Source of the DNA: an uncultured Spirochaetota bacterium
GTDB lineage: Bacteria; Spirochaetota; Spirochaetia; SZUA-6; Fen-1364
Direction of reading: 5' to 3'
Assembly: GCA_963781885.1 (NCBI GenBank)
Contig: CAWAHW010000006.1
Coordinates: forward strand, 32,001-96,000
Length of the DNA: 64,000 nt
In this document: positions 48,332 to 59,322 of the stretch, piece after piece
How the letters are laid out: each line of letters opens with the position of its first letter
How positions within the stretch are numbered: position 1 is the first letter of the stretch
The notes under the pieces: model-generated
Told to the model about the DNA's origin: nothing
What the model saw: the letters and a program-made list of their open reading frames with translations, nothing else
Database searches by the model: none
Position numbers and translations under genes: made by a program

Positions 48332-49490
48332 TGGCGAGCAGTGCCCGGGCCAGGAACCAGAAGCGGGGGCTGCCGGCGAGCCGGGGAAGGAAGAGCGAGG
48401 GGGAGTCCATGTCGCCCCGGAGCGCGAGAAACTCCTCGATGCCGGCCTTTTTCAGGCGACCGAAAAGGGAATCAACCTGGTCATCACGCAGGGTGTTGAA
48501 CCACGCGCGGATCTTCCAGTGCAGGAGAAGCTCGCGGTGGATGCCGGAGACCCGCGCGCCATATGCGGCGGCGGCCGCCGTGGGACACTCCGCGCGCGCG
48601 ATGCAGCCCGCGAGGATGCGCGCCGCGCGCATGCCGTAGACGATTCCCCCGCCGCTGGTGGCCTTCGTGTGAAACGCGGCATCCCCCACGAGCGCGGCGC
48701 TCCCTGCCGCCACGCGCGAAAGGGGCGGCCCAAAGGGGATGAGGCCGGTGACCACGCGCTGAAGGCAGACGCGCGGGAAGCGCCGCGCCACGAAACGGCG
48801 CAGCAGCGCCGGGCAATCGTCCGCATCGATGGCTCCCAGCCCGATTTTTGCGTGCCGCGCGTCGACGGGGATCAGCCAGCCGAAGAACCCGCGCGCGTCG
48901 TTTCCCAGATGCACCTCGACGAAGCCGGGGTCGAAGTCCCCTTCGCAGAGGGCCTGGGAGGAGCGCAGCGTGCCGCGGCCCGCCGTCGGCAGATCGAAGA
49001 GTCGGGCAGTCGTCGAGCCTCCACCATCCGCGCCGACCACCTGGTCATAGCGCCACCGCAGCGCCCGGCCTTCGGCGCGCAGAACGAGCGCGCCGTCGTC
49101 CCGGCCGTCCAGCCGGGTGCCCGTGCAGATGGAGACGCCCGCCTTCTGTGCCTTTTTCAGGAGTGTCTGGTCGAAGAGCTTCCTGTCGACGACATATGCC
49201 ACCGGCTGCGGCCGCTCCACCTGCAGCATCGTGCCGTTCGGCGAGTACAGGCGGGCGCCCCGCACGCTCGCCTGGAGGCACTCCGCGAGGTCAAGCCCCA
49301 GCTCCTCACAGCCCCGCCGCGAGATGAGCCCCGCGCAGAGCTTGTGCACGCCGACATGACCGTGCTCTTCGAAGACGACCGGATCGAGACCTGCCTGTTT
49401 CAGGCTGAGGGCGGCCTGCAGACCCGCAGGACCCGCCCCCACGATCGCCACCCTCTGGATGCGGCCCGGTCTTCCCCTGCCGCGGCTCAT
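48318..49490 (-). CDS. Geranylgeranyl reductase family FAD-dependent oxidoreductase
   Basis: GAGPAG, CAG, DR..FD, GADG, VGDAA..GGGI. Confidence 0.88.
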   Translation of the reverse strand: MSRGRGRPGRIQRVAIVGAGPAGLQAALSLKQAGLDPVVFEEHGHVGVHKLCAGLISRRGCEELGLDLAECLQASVRGARLYSPNGTMLQVERPQPVAYVVDRKLFDQTLLKKAQKAGVSICTGTRLDGRDDGALVLRAEGRALRWRYDQVVGADGGGSTTARLFDLPTAGRGTLRSSQALCEGDFDPGFVEVHLGNDARGFFGWLIPVDARHAKIGLGAIDADDCPALLRRFVARRFPRVCLQRVVTGLIPFGPPLSRVAAGSAALVGDAAFHTKATSGGGIVYGMRAARILAGCIARAECPTAAAAAYGARVSGIHRELLLHWKIRAWFNTLRDDQVDSLFGRLKKAGIEEFLALRGDMDSPSLFLPRLAGSPRFWFLARALLAIAFA

Positions 49491-49678
49491 CCCCCCGCTC
49501 CCGGCCGGGATCCGGGGGTGGGTGCGGGCTGCTCGGTGGCCGTGCGTCTCTGCTCGCGCTCCTTCTGCAGGGAGCGGTACATGAGGACTGGTTCCACGAG
49601 CGCGACGGCGAGGAGGGCCGCGAGCACTGCCCTCCGGATCAGCTTTTTCCGTCTATTTTGCGGCTTCACCCCGCGCAT
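49487..49678 (-). CDS. Small membrane protein
   Basis: One TM; 4-nt overlap with downstream gene. Confidence 0.5.
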   Translation of the reverse strand: MRGVKPQNRRKKLIRRAVLAALLAVALVEPVLMYRSLQKEREQRRTATEQPAPTPGSRPGAGG

Positions 49679-49826
49679 CGTCTTACCCTCATGTACCGAC
49701 AGTGTCGCATGTCGGTCCTCATCCAGGATCGCGGAACGATGATTTTGTGAAGGAAGATTGTTGCGGAATTATGACGGATAAAATCGCCCCCCGGGTTCTC
49801 AAGGGCGCGCGGCGCGTGCTACACTG

Positions 49827-50555
49827 ATGGGCGTGAGCGATCGCGGAGTTTCGCCGCTCGTGGCGATTGTCGACGACGAGGAGCACCTGAGAGTGACCGT
49901 GTCGCGCGCGCTGCGCGGCGAGGGCTTCCGCACGGCGGTCTTCCCCGACGGGGCGGAGGCGTGGGACTCGTTCTCCGTCTCCCTTCCCGACCTCGTGATC
50001 CTCGACATCATCATGCCGCGCATGGACGGCCTGGAGGTCTGCCGTCGGATACGGGCCGTCTCCGACGCGATCCCCGTCATGTTCCTCACCTCCCGCGACG
50101 AGGAGTTCGACCGGGTGCTCGGCCTGGAGCTGGGCGCCGATGACTACCTCTGCAAGCCCTTCTCCCTCCGCGAGCTCACCGCGCGCGTGAAAGTCCTCTT
50201 CCGCCGGGCCGGGGTGCGCCCCGAGGAGAAAGGTCACGCAGCCTCCACGGCCGACATGGTCAATGTCGGCGACCTGAGCCTCGATGCGCGCCGCTTCTCG
50301 GCCTCATGGAAGGGCGCGCCGATCCGTCTCACGGTGACGGAGTTCCGCATCCTGCACGCCCTGGCGCGCCAGCCCGAGTTCGTGCGCACGCGGGAGCAGC
50401 TTCTTGCCGAGGCTTTTCCGCACGATGCCTACATGAGCGACAGGACCATCGATTGCCACATCCGCCGCATCCGCGCGAAGCTGGAGAGGGTGGACACCGG
50501 CTACGACGGCATCGAAACACTCTATGGCCTGGGCTACCGGCTGCGGGGCTCCTGA
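49827..50555 (+). CDS. OmpR-family response regulator (ChvI-like)
   Basis: VDDE, LDIIMP, GADDYLCKPF, DRTIDCHIRR. Confidence 0.93.
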   Translation: MGVSDRGVSPLVAIVDDEEHLRVTVSRALRGEGFRTAVFPDGAEAWDSFSVSLPDLVILDIIMPRMDGLEVCRRIRAVSDAIPVMFLTSRDEEFDRVLGLELGADDYLCKPFSLRELTARVKVLFRRAGVRPEEKGHAASTADMVNVGDLSLDARRFSASWKGAPIRLTVTEFRILHALARQPEFVRTREQLLAEAFPHDAYMSDRTIDCHIRRIRAKLERVDTGYDGIETLYGLGYRLRGS

Positions 50556-50568
50556 TGTGACCGGGGGC

Positions 50569-52141
50569 ATGCGTTTCTTCTTCTCCCGGATCACCATCCG
50601 GGTGCTCGCCTTCAATGTGCTCGTGGTCTTTCTCCCCATCGCGGGCATGCTGTCGCTGGGGACCTACGAGAAGCAGCTCCTCATATCGCTCGAGCGTTCC
50701 CTCGTACAGCAGGGGAGGGAGCTTTCAGCGGGCCTGGAGGACTCCGGCGTGCGGCTGGGGTCGAATGCCGAAAGACTCCTGCAGCTTCTCCGTCACCGTC
50801 ACGACGCGCGCATCCGGGTGGTCGACGTTCACGGCGTCCTGCTCGCGGACACGGCGGCCATCGCACCGACTGCCGACGCGACCGCCGCCGACCAGGCCGC
50901 GCGGGATGCGACCCCCGACCAGGCCGTCCCGCGCGCCGCGCAGGAGACCTTCCTCTATCGCCTGGCGTCATTTCCCATCCGGGTCTGGCGCCGCTACCTG
51001 CGGCCGCCCCAGCCGCCGGTTGAATCGGACGAGTACTACTCGGGAGCGCGCGTCCTCAACGGGCCCGAGATCGCCGACGCGCTGGCGGGCAATTACGGCG
51101 CAGAGACGCGCATCACGGCGGGTCAGCAGTCGGTCACGCTCTACAGCGCCATCCCCGTCCTGAATGCCGGCGCGGTGCAGGGGGCCGTGCTCGTGTCCGA
51201 GTCGACGTACAGGATCCTGAGCGATCTCTACGCCCTGCGCCTGGACATCTTCCGCCTCTTTCTCTGGTCCGTGGCAACGGCGGTCGTCCTGAGCCTGCTC
51301 GTCTCGGCCACCATCACCGTCCCCGTCCGCCGGTTGAGCGGCCAGGCCCGTGCCATCCTCGATCCGCGGGGACGCCTGGTGCGGCCGATCATCCCGCTGC
51401 GCGCCCGCGACGAGGTGGGCGATCTTTCCCGCAGCCTCGGGGAGCTCACGGCGCGCCTGGCGCGGCACGTGCACCGCATGGAGGCATTCGCGTCCGACGT
51501 ATCGCACGAGTTCAAGAACCCGCTCGCCTCCATCAGGTCCGCCGTCGAGCTCGCCCTGGCGAGCGGCGACCGCGCCGAGCGCACGTCGCTCCTGTCCATG
51601 GTGCTGGAGGACGTGAGCCGCATGGAGCGCCTCCTCACCGGCGTGCGCGAGATCTCGCGCATCGACAGCGGCGCCGCGGAGGAGGAGACGGCGGCGCCCG
51701 TGGACGTGCGCGAGATCGCCGGCCGGGTGGTCGACTCCGCGCGGCGCCGCTCTGCCGGTCGCGGCGTGCAGTTCCTCGTGGAAGGGGAGCCTGCCCTGGT
51801 CTGGGTGCCGCCGGGACGCATCGAGCAGGTGGTGGAGAACCTGGTGGACAACGCAGGCAGCTTCTCGCCGCCGGGCGGCGCGGTGCGCGTCACGGTGAGG
51901 CATGCGGGCAACGAGGTGGTGCTGCGGGTGTGCGACGAAGGCCCGGGCATCCCGCCCGAGCACCGCGAGAGGATATTCGACCGGTTCTTCAGCTTCCGTC
52001 CGGGGGAAAAGAAGGGCGTGCACGCGGGGCTGGGGCTCTCCATCGTGAAGGCGATTGCCGAGACGCACGGTGGATCCGTCCTTGCCCGGAAACCTCGAGC
52101 CGCGCGGGGCCGCGGTCGAGGTGCACCTGCCGTCCGCCTGA
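50569..52141 (+). CDS. Sensor histidine kinase (ChvG-like), apparent frameshift near 52087
   Basis: HAMP, SHEFKNPL, NLVDNA, DEGPG, GLGLSI; alternate frame gives GNLEPRGAAVEVHLP*. Confidence 0.88.
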
Positions 52142-52224
52142 GCGGCCCCGCGCTGCGCGGGAAGGACCGCGGGTCTTGTTTTTCATCACAATTGTGATAA
52201 AATAGGGCTCCGGAGGAGGGGGCT

Positions 52225-52665
52225 GTGATCTATACGGAAGAGCCGCTCACGCGCCTGGTGGGTCTTGCGGCCGGCATCGACGTGAAGACCCGCAGGATCG
52301 CGGAGAGGGCGCTCCTGGGCGTGGGTCTTACCTACGCGCAGTTCGGCGTGCTCACCGCGCTTGCGGAGCGCGCCGCGCCCACGCAGCGGGAGCTTGCCGA
52401 TATCCTGGAGACCGACACGAACACGGTCATGGTCGTCTGCGATTCGCTGGAGCGCAAAGGCCTGGCGGCGCGCTCCGCGGATGCGCGCGACCGCCGGGTG
52501 AAGCGTCTTTCCATGAGCCGCGCGGGACGCGCGGCGCTTGCGAAGGGCCGCCGGATCGTCGAAGACCTCTATCGACCGATGGCGGACGCCATTCCCCTGA
52601 AGGAAATACGGAAGGCGCTTCCCGCGCTCGCGCGGGTGTACGCATATCTGAAGGAAAAGGAATAG
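52225..52665 (+). CDS. MarR-family regulator
   Basis: TQRELA, LERKGL, DARDRRVK. Confidence 0.9.
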   Translation: MIYTEEPLTRLVGLAAGIDVKTRRIAERALLGVGLTYAQFGVLTALAERAAPTQRELADILETDTNTVMVVCDSLERKGLAARSADARDRRVKRLSMSRAGRAALAKGRRIVEDLYRPMADAIPLKEIRKALPALARVYAYLKEKE

Positions 52666-52669
52666 AGAC

Positions 52670-53323
52670 ATGCCGCCTTGGGCCATTGCGCTGATCGTCC
52701 TTGCCTGTGTCGTGGGCATCCCGCTTGCGGGGTCGCTCGCGTACCTTCTCGTATTCCTTCCCCTGACGCTCAGGTCCATGCGGATGTTGCCGGCCGGGAA
52801 GAGAAAGACCGTGGAGGGCATCACCACGATCGAGGATGCCGCCGCGCACTGCCGAGCTTCCGGGCTTTCCGGGTGGGAGCTCGTCGCGCATGCGCAGGAG
52901 CTTGCCGCAAAGCGTTTCGAGTACTCGCGGCGCAATCCGTGGGACGGCTGGGAGGGGGCATTCGCCCGCGGCATGGGATACTGCATCCAGCAGGCCATGG
53001 CGCTGAAGCGTCTCTATGACAGGCTCGGGGTCACGTCCTGGCCGGTGCAGTCTTTTCGCGTGAGCTTTCCCGCGCATGTCGTGCATGGCGTCTCCGAGCC
53101 CGCCGGCACCTCGGGCCACATGTGGCTGCGGGTATCGGTCAATGGAGAGGTACGGGACGTGTGCCCGGGACGCGTCGGGAACCTTCCCGGCACGGTCCAT
53201 TTCACTGCCCGTGCGCCGGTGCGCCGCGTCGCGGCGTGGACCGTTCCTCTCCTGCATGTGCTCAGTGCCGCGGAGAATGTGCGCCGGGACAGGAAGAGCC
53301 TCAAGGGAGGTGTGCGGCAATGA
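52670..53323 (+). CDS. Membrane-anchored transglutaminase-like protein
   Basis: GYC..A, GHMW, DVC triad pattern. Confidence 0.65.
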   Translation: MPPWAIALIVLACVVGIPLAGSLAYLLVFLPLTLRSMRMLPAGKRKTVEGITTIEDAAAHCRASGLSGWELVAHAQELAAKRFEYSRRNPWDGWEGAFARGMGYCIQQAMALKRLYDRLGVTSWPVQSFRVSFPAHVVHGVSEPAGTSGHMWLRVSVNGEVRDVCPGRVGNLPGTVHFTARAPVRRVAAWTVPLLHVLSAAENVRRDRKSLKGGVRQ

Positions 53324-53481
53324 AAGAGCGGATCCCGGTCCGGTCGACGACAGCTGACGCCGTGGCGGCGATCCGGGAGGACTGTCCCTGCCCGAAGAAG
53401 GGCTGCGAGCTGCACGGGCACTGTGTGGAATGCCGCGCAAAACACGGCGCCAAGGGGAAGCTTCCCCGGTGCGAGCGCTGA
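53320..53481 (+). CDS. Small Cys/His-rich protein (53 aa)
   Basis: CPCPKKGCELHGHCVECRAKH..LPRC; GGAGG RBS and ATGA overlap. Confidence 0.7.
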   Translation: MKERIPVRSTTADAVAAIREDCPCPKKGCELHGHCVECRAKHGAKGKLPRCER

Positions 53482-53523
53482 GGCAGCCCGACGGCTCTGA
53501 CGCCGCGCACGCGGCCCCGCATC

Positions 53524-54546
53524 CTACAGAGTCCGCCCCTTTTCCAGCCCCGCCTCGGCCGGCATCGACCAGCTCCATGTCAGAAGACCGATGGCGACAC
53601 CCGCGGACACCGCCCCTGCGGCGAGGAAGCCGCCGCCGACCCGTGACACGGCGCGGCGCGCGAGGTCGACGAGCGCGGCGACGAATGATGCGGTGAACCC
53701 GCTCTGGTCGAGATGCGCCGATTCGATTCCCCATTGCACCCACGGGAAGACGATGGGCAGGAGCGCGAGCAGGCCGATGAGAAAGACCCCCGCCGCGGGT
53801 ACGAGGAGGGACCATCCCATCCACTGCAGCCTTTGGAAACGGTTCGCTCCGCCGATGAAGCCGGCCGCGACCCAGAGACCGGCCGCCAGCAGCAAGAGGA
53901 TGACGTCGGCGAAGATCATGACCCCCCGCACGGAGACGCGCAGGCCGCCGCCCATGAGCACGGAGGCTTCACGGAAGGACCAGCTGTCGCTCAGCCGGAC
54001 CCGGTCGGGAATTGTGCGCACGAAACCGGGAAGGCCCTGCTCGATGATCGCCGCGGCGCGCTCGACGGATATCGACGACGGCCGCACCTCGGGAAATCTG
54101 CCCGGGCTCATCGCGAAAGAGGAGCCGCCCACGGGCAGGTCCTGGGCAAGGGCGAGTGCGAAGCGCTTCCCGGGTTCGCCCCGCAGAGCGGCCTTCAACG
54201 GGCCGAGGTCGACGCTCACGTCATACGCCGCCGCGCACGCCTCCAGGACGTCGAACACCTGGTTGAGAATGCTCACCGCCTGGCCGTGCATGTAGGCGGG
54301 CGTCACGACCTCCCGCAGGGCACGCGCGCCGTGGGCGAGGGATTGCAGGCCCGGCATCTCGTCGGCGATCCACGTCGTCGTGGCGTCCGGCGGGGTCGGC
54401 ACCTCGTAGAGCCGCGCGTCGTCGATGAGCCGCGTATAGAAGCCCCTGTCGAGAGCCCACGTGGAGACGGAAACGGCGAGGAGCGCCGCAAAGAAAAGCG
54501 GGCAGACGAGGAAGATCACCATCAGGATTGCCGGCACGCGCCTCAT
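53524..54546 (-). CDS. Hypothetical membrane protein
   Basis: TM-loop-3TM; AAGGAG RBS. Confidence 0.7.
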   Translation of the reverse strand: MRRVPAILMVIFLVCPLFFAALLAVSVSTWALDRGFYTRLIDDARLYEVPTPPDATTTWIADEMPGLQSLAHGARALREVVTPAYMHGQAVSILNQVFDVLEACAAAYDVSVDLGPLKAALRGEPGKRFALALAQDLPVGGSSFAMSPGRFPEVRPSSISVERAAAIIEQGLPGFVRTIPDRVRLSDSWSFREASVLMGGGLRVSVRGVMIFADVILLLLAAGLWVAAGFIGGANRFQRLQWMGWSLLVPAAGVFLIGLLALLPIVFPWVQWGIESAHLDQSGFTASFVAALVDLARRAVSRVGGGFLAAGAVSAGVAIGLLTWSWSMPAEAGLEKGRTL

Positions 54547-54733
54547 GATGCGACTCCTTGCGGGAGGATAGCGCCAAAAAGGGTGTCGAGTCTGCCGGGC
54601 GTCTGGCGCGGCTCCCGCTCTCCTCTTGGAACACCGCCGCCCGGCCATTCATCCACCGATATTTTCATTGACAACGCCGGAAGCTCGCTTCATAATTCCG
54701 CACGCCACCCTGACTTCAATAACGGAGGATGCA

Positions 54734-56095
54734 ATGGTCGCCAAGAAACTGAGTCTGGGAACAAAGCTGGGTTTCGGCATCTGCGATCTCGGCGGCAACC
54801 TGTTCTTCACGATCATGGGCTTCTACCTTCTCTTCTATCTCACGGACACCTCGAAGCTGCTCGCGGGACTGGCGGGGACGGCGCTCCTCATCGGCAAGCT
54901 CGCCGACGCATTCGTGGACCCCACCGTCGGTTTCCTTTCGGACCGCACGCGAAGCCGCTGGGGCAGGAGGCGGCCCTTCATCTTTGCCGGCTCCATCCTC
55001 CTGTTCTTCCTCATGATCGTCATGTACACCAATCCGCACATCCAGAGCCAGCTCTGGCTCTTCATCTGGACGGCGGTGGCCTACATCCTGCTCATGGCCT
55101 CCTACTCCATGATCAACATCCCGTATGGCGCCCTGACGCCCGAGCTGAGCCCGGATTTCGACGAGCGTACGACGCTGAACGCGTACCGTATGACCTTTGC
55201 CGTGGTCGGCACGTTCGTCGGCGCTGCTCTCGTGCTGCCCATCGTGGGGGCATTCACGAACAAGGATTTCGGATGGATCGCCATGGGGGCGATCATGGGT
55301 GCGGTGATCACCATCACGGCGCTCACGACGGTGTTCACGATCCGTGAGCCGCCCGCGAAGCCCGAGGACAAGAAGAAACCGAAGGAAGGCATCTTCGCAA
55401 CGTACGCGAGCGCTCTGAAGCTGAAGCCGTTCCTCCTGGCAATGTTCACATATGGGTCCCACATGATCGGGATCACAATCGTCCAGGGAGCGCTGCTCTA
55501 CTATTTCAAATACATCTACAACGCCGAGGGCAAGTTCCAGATCGCGCTGGCGATCTTCCTCGTCTGCGTCATCATCTCGATCCCCATCTGGACGATGATC
55601 TCGAAGAAGATCGGCAAGAGGCTTTCCTACAATCTCGGCATGGGTCTCTTTGCCGCGGTCGTCATCGCCTTCTTCTTCGTCGGCAAGGGGCGCGGCGTGG
55701 GCGTCATGTACGTCACGATGGCCGTGGCGGGTCTTGGCAACTCCACCAACTACATCATGCCCTTCGCGATACTCCCCGACGTGACGGAGCTCGACTATTC
55801 TCAAACGGGTGTTCGGCGGGAGGGGGTGTTCTACGGCCTGTGGAATTTCACCCTGAAGGTCGGGCAGGCATTCGCCACCGCCCTGATCGGCTGGATTCTC
55901 ACGGCTTTCGGCTATGTCCCCGACGTGGCGCAGACGGCGAGCTCCAAGCTGGGCATCCGGCTGCTCGTGGGCCCCGTGGCCGCGGTCTTCTTTGTTGCGG
56001 GTGTCGTCATCCTTTCCTTCTACCCCATCACCCGCAAATACTACGAGACGCAGATCATGCCGAAGGTCGCCGCGTGGGATAAGAAGAAGGCATAA
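54734..56095 (+). CDS. MFS glycoside-pentoside-hexuronide transporter
   Basis: DP..GFLSDRTRSRWGRRRPF, IPYGAL, RREG. Confidence 0.93.
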   Translation: MVAKKLSLGTKLGFGICDLGGNLFFTIMGFYLLFYLTDTSKLLAGLAGTALLIGKLADAFVDPTVGFLSDRTRSRWGRRRPFIFAGSILLFFLMIVMYTNPHIQSQLWLFIWTAVAYILLMASYSMINIPYGALTPELSPDFDERTTLNAYRMTFAVVGTFVGAALVLPIVGAFTNKDFGWIAMGAIMGAVITITALTTVFTIREPPAKPEDKKKPKEGIFATYASALKLKPFLLAMFTYGSHMIGITIVQGALLYYFKYIYNAEGKFQIALAIFLVCVIISIPIWTMISKKIGKRLSYNLGMGLFAAVVIAFFFVGKGRGVGVMYVTMAVAGLGNSTNYIMPFAILPDVTELDYSQTGVRREGVFYGLWNFTLKVGQAFATALIGWILTAFGYVPDVAQTASSKLGIRLLVGPVAAVFFVAGVVILSFYPITRKYYETQIMPKVAAWDKKKA

Positions 56096-56149
56096 GGGAT
56101 ACTTCAGTTCTGGACATTGAGCGGCGGCATGGGCATACTGCCGTCCTAT

Positions 56150-57251
56150 ATGGCAGGAAAAATCCGGGTGGGAATCGTGTTTGGCGGCAGGTCCGCCGAG
56201 CACGAGGTGTCGCTGCAGTCCGCGAAGAACGTCCTGGAAGCGCTCGATCGCGGCAGGTTCGAGCCGGTGCTGATCGGCATCGACCGGGAAGGGCGATGGC
56301 GCCTGGACGAGCAGACGAAACAGCTCTTCGATGCGGCCCGGCCCCTGCCGAATCTCGCCGCCGATTCTCCGCGCGAGGTTGCGCTGGCGGCCCGCGGCGA
56401 GCAGAGCAGGCTGCTGGACCTCTCCGGCAACCGCGAGCTGGGAAAGATCGACGTTCTCTTCCCCGTCCTCCACGGACCTTTCGGCGAGGACGGCTCCGTG
56501 CAGGGGCTGGCGAAGCTTGCGAACCTCCCCTGCGTGGGCGCCGGCATCCTCGGCTCGGCCGTGGGGATGGACAAGGACGTCATGAAGCGGCTCCTGCGCG
56601 ACGCGGGCATCCCCGTGGCGCGCTTCATCGTGCTGCAGCGGGGCAAAGACGTGCCGGCATTCGGGACGATTGCGGCGGACCTCGGCAGCATGGTCTTCGT
56701 GAAGCCCGCGAATCTGGGCTCCTCGGTCGGCATCGAGCCGGGCGGGCAATGCGGCGGAGTTCGCGGCAGCGGTGAGCGCCGCCTTCCGCTACGACACGAA
56801 GCTCGTCGTGGAGGAATCCATCACGGGTCGCGAAATCGAATGCTCCGTGTTGGGCAATGACGACCCCCAGGCCTCCGTGCCGGGAGAGATCGTCACCGGC
56901 AGCGGCCACGATTTCTACGACTACGAGGCGAAATACCTCGACGAGCACGGCGCCAAGCTCCACATCCCTGCCGCGCTGGACAAGAGCGCGACGGAAAAAG
57001 TGCGCGCCCTCGCCGTGAAGGCATTCACGGTGCTCTGCTGCAATGGCATGGCGCGCGTCGACATGTTCCTCCGCGCCGACGGCGAGGTCCTGATCAACGA
57101 GATCAACACGATCCCCGGCTTCACCCGCATCAGCATGTATCCCAAGCTCTGGGAGGCGAGCGGCATCCCCTACGGGGAGCTCGTCACGCGCCTCATTGAG
57201 CTGGCGATGGAGCGCCACGCGGTGGAGCAGTCCCTTTCCACCACACCCTGA
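56150..57251 (+). CDS. ddl: D-alanine--D-alanine ligase, apparent frameshift at ~56735
   Basis: [28 protein letters not shown] then [18 protein letters not shown] in a second frame. Confidence 0.92.
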
Positions 57252-57268
57252 GCCGCGAGGAGCGTGAG

Positions 57269-58783
57269 ATGCGCACGGAAGGAAAAGTCATCGCGGTCGA
57301 CCTCGGGGCATCCGGGGGCAAGTGCTTTTCGGGCGTCTTCGACCAGAACGGCTTCACGCTCCGCGAGACCCACCGGTTCAGCCACGAGGCCGTCGTCCTC
57401 GACGTCGCCGACGGGACGGGCAGGGTGGAGGAACGGACGTACTGGGACGACCTCCTGATCTATCGAAACATAATGGAAGGGCTCCGCGCGTATCGACGCG
57501 AGATCGGCGCGGCCGTGGATTCCATCGGCGTCGATGCCTGGGGCGCGGACGGCGTCATCGTGAACGAGGACGGCGTCCTCCAGGGCCCGATGTACTGCTA
57601 CCGCGATCATCGCCTGGACGGCATGATCGACGAGGTGAAGGCGCGCATGGATCCCGCACGGCTCTACGAAATCACGGGCATCCACTTCCAGCCTTTCAAT
57701 GTTTCCAACCAGCTCCTCTGGCTTGCCCAGCATCGACCCGGCCTCCTGCGGCCCGGCATGCATTTCCTGCCTTCCTCTTCTCTCTTTTCCTGGTACCTGT
57801 GCGGCGCGACGGACGTGGATTCCTCCTGGGCGAGCGTCACCCAGCTCATGGACGCACGCACGCGCCGGTGGAGCCGGGAGATCCTTCGCGCGCTGGGCAT
57901 CCCCGCCCGCCTCATGCCCCGCATCGTCGCCCCCGGCACGGTGATAGGCGAGCTGCATGCCCGGATCGCGGAATCGGTGGGTATCTCGCCCGCGAAGATC
58001 GTCGCCGTCGGCTCTCACGACACGGCGAGCGCCTTTGCGGCCGCTCCGGTCGCCCGACCCGCGGCGGCCCTCATCATCAGCTCGGGAACGTGGTCGCTCA
58101 TCGGCAAGCTCGTACGCCAGCCGCTCACCGGCCCGGAAGCCCTGCGGGCGAACATGTCCAACGAGGGCGGCATCGGGAACGTGCGTTTCCTGAAGAACTG
58201 CATGGGGACGTGGCTCGTGCAGGAGCTGCGCCGGGCATGGCGCGCGCGGGACGGGCGGGAAATGGAGTGGGAGGAGATGAACCGCCTCACCGAGCAGGGC
58301 AAGGCCTTTGCCGCGTTCATCGATCCCGACGACGGGAGCTTCTTCAACCCGCAGAACATGGAGTCGGCGATCATCGATTTCTGCCGCCGCACCGGGCAGG
58401 AGCCGCCTTTGGAGCGCGGCACAATGCTGCGCGCCGTCTACGAAAGCCTCGCGCTGAAATACCGCGTCGTCGCGGAGCAGATCGCCGCGGTGAGCGGCAT
58501 GCCGAACAGCGTCGTGCACGTCGTGGGCGGCGGCTCGCGGAATGTCTTCCTCAACCAGCTCACGGCCAATGCCTGCGGCATGAAAGTGATCGCGGGGCCG
58601 GAGGAGGCCACGGCTGTCGGCAACGCGATGGCGCAGGCCATGGCCCTGGGCATCATCAGGAGGATGCCCGACGCAAAAGCGATGATTCGGGCGGCATTTC
58701 CCATCCGGGAGTTCCTTCCGCGCGAGCCGGAAGCGTGGGCCCGCGCCCTTGAGCGGTACCGCGCAATCGTGAAGTCTTCATGA
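57269..58783 (+). CDS. rhaB: Rhamnulokinase / FGGY sugar kinase
   Basis: AVDLGAS, YRDHR, SHDTASA, SSGTWSL, NEGG, VGGGS. Confidence 0.88.
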   Translation: MRTEGKVIAVDLGASGGKCFSGVFDQNGFTLRETHRFSHEAVVLDVADGTGRVEERTYWDDLLIYRNIMEGLRAYRREIGAAVDSIGVDAWGADGVIVNEDGVLQGPMYCYRDHRLDGMIDEVKARMDPARLYEITGIHFQPFNVSNQLLWLAQHRPGLLRPGMHFLPSSSLFSWYLCGATDVDSSWASVTQLMDARTRRWSREILRALGIPARLMPRIVAPGTVIGELHARIAESVGISPAKIVAVGSHDTASAFAAAPVARPAAALIISSGTWSLIGKLVRQPLTGPEALRANMSNEGGIGNVRFLKNCMGTWLVQELRRAWRARDGREMEWEEMNRLTEQGKAFAAFIDPDDGSFFNPQNMESAIIDFCRRTGQEPPLERGTMLRAVYESLALKYRVVAEQIAAVSGMPNSVVHVVGGGSRNVFLNQLTANACGMKVIAGPEEATAVGNAMAQAMALGIIRRMPDAKAMIRAAFPIREFLPREPEAWARALERYRAIVKSS

Positions 58784-58791
58784 CATCCGAC

Positions 58792-58818
58792 AAAAGAAGG
58801 GCCCCGGAGGGGCCCTTC
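58792..58818 (-). terminator. Intrinsic terminator between convergent genes
   Basis: gaagggcccc-gga-ggggcccttc stem with adjacent A run. Confidence 0.75.
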
Positions 58819-58839
58819 ACTCAAGGAGGGGGATGACTT

Positions 58840-59265
58840 TCAGCTTGCCTTGACTTCGATTGTCTTCGGCTTGGCGGCCGGGACCTTCGGGAAGCCCAGG
58901 TGCAAGATGCCGTTTTTGAATTCCGCCGTGATCTTCTCACGATCGACGCCCTCCGGCAGGACGAAGCTGCGGCTGAACCGCGTGCTCCGGCGCTCCCGCA
59001 TGACGTAGCCGTTCTTCTTCTCTTCCTGCTTTTCCTCGGTCTTGGAGGAGATGGTGAGCAGGTTGTTGTCCAGCTTCACCTCCACGTCTTTCTCAGAGAG
59101 CCCGGGAAGCTCGACTTCCATGAGGTAGTCGGCGTCGGTCTCCCGCACGTCGACCGCGGGGAGAACGGAGCGTCCGAGAGTCGGCTCGACGAAGAAGTCA
59201 TCGAACCAGCGGGACACGTTGTCAAGAACGTCCAGGGAATTGGGATTGTAGCGAATCAGGTTCAT
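58840..59265 (-). CDS. Hsp20 small heat shock protein
   Basis: PAVDVRE, ELPG, FSRSFVLP, NGILH; AGGAGG RBS. Confidence 0.95.
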   Translation of the reverse strand: MNLIRYNPNSLDVLDNVSRWFDDFFVEPTLGRSVLPAVDVRETDADYLMEVELPGLSEKDVEVKLDNNLLTISSKTEEKQEEKKNGYVMRERRSTRFSRSFVLPEGVDREKITAEFKNGILHLGFPKVPAAKPKTIEVKAS

Positions 59266-59306
59266 ATCGTACCTCCTATTGGTTTTCTGTTTCATACCCA
59301 TATCTT

Positions 59307-59322
59307 AGCATGAAGCGTGCCA
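59307..59322 (-). promoter_or_regulatory. sigma54 -24/-12 promoter
   Basis: TGGCACGCTTCATGCT (GG-N10-GC). Confidence 0.7.

Noticed and set aside
54716-56749. Long antisense/alternate-frame ORFs in the GC-rich half (also 47198-48499, 57322-58752, 60876-62390)
   Set aside because: Shadow frames of well-supported genes, expected at high GC3
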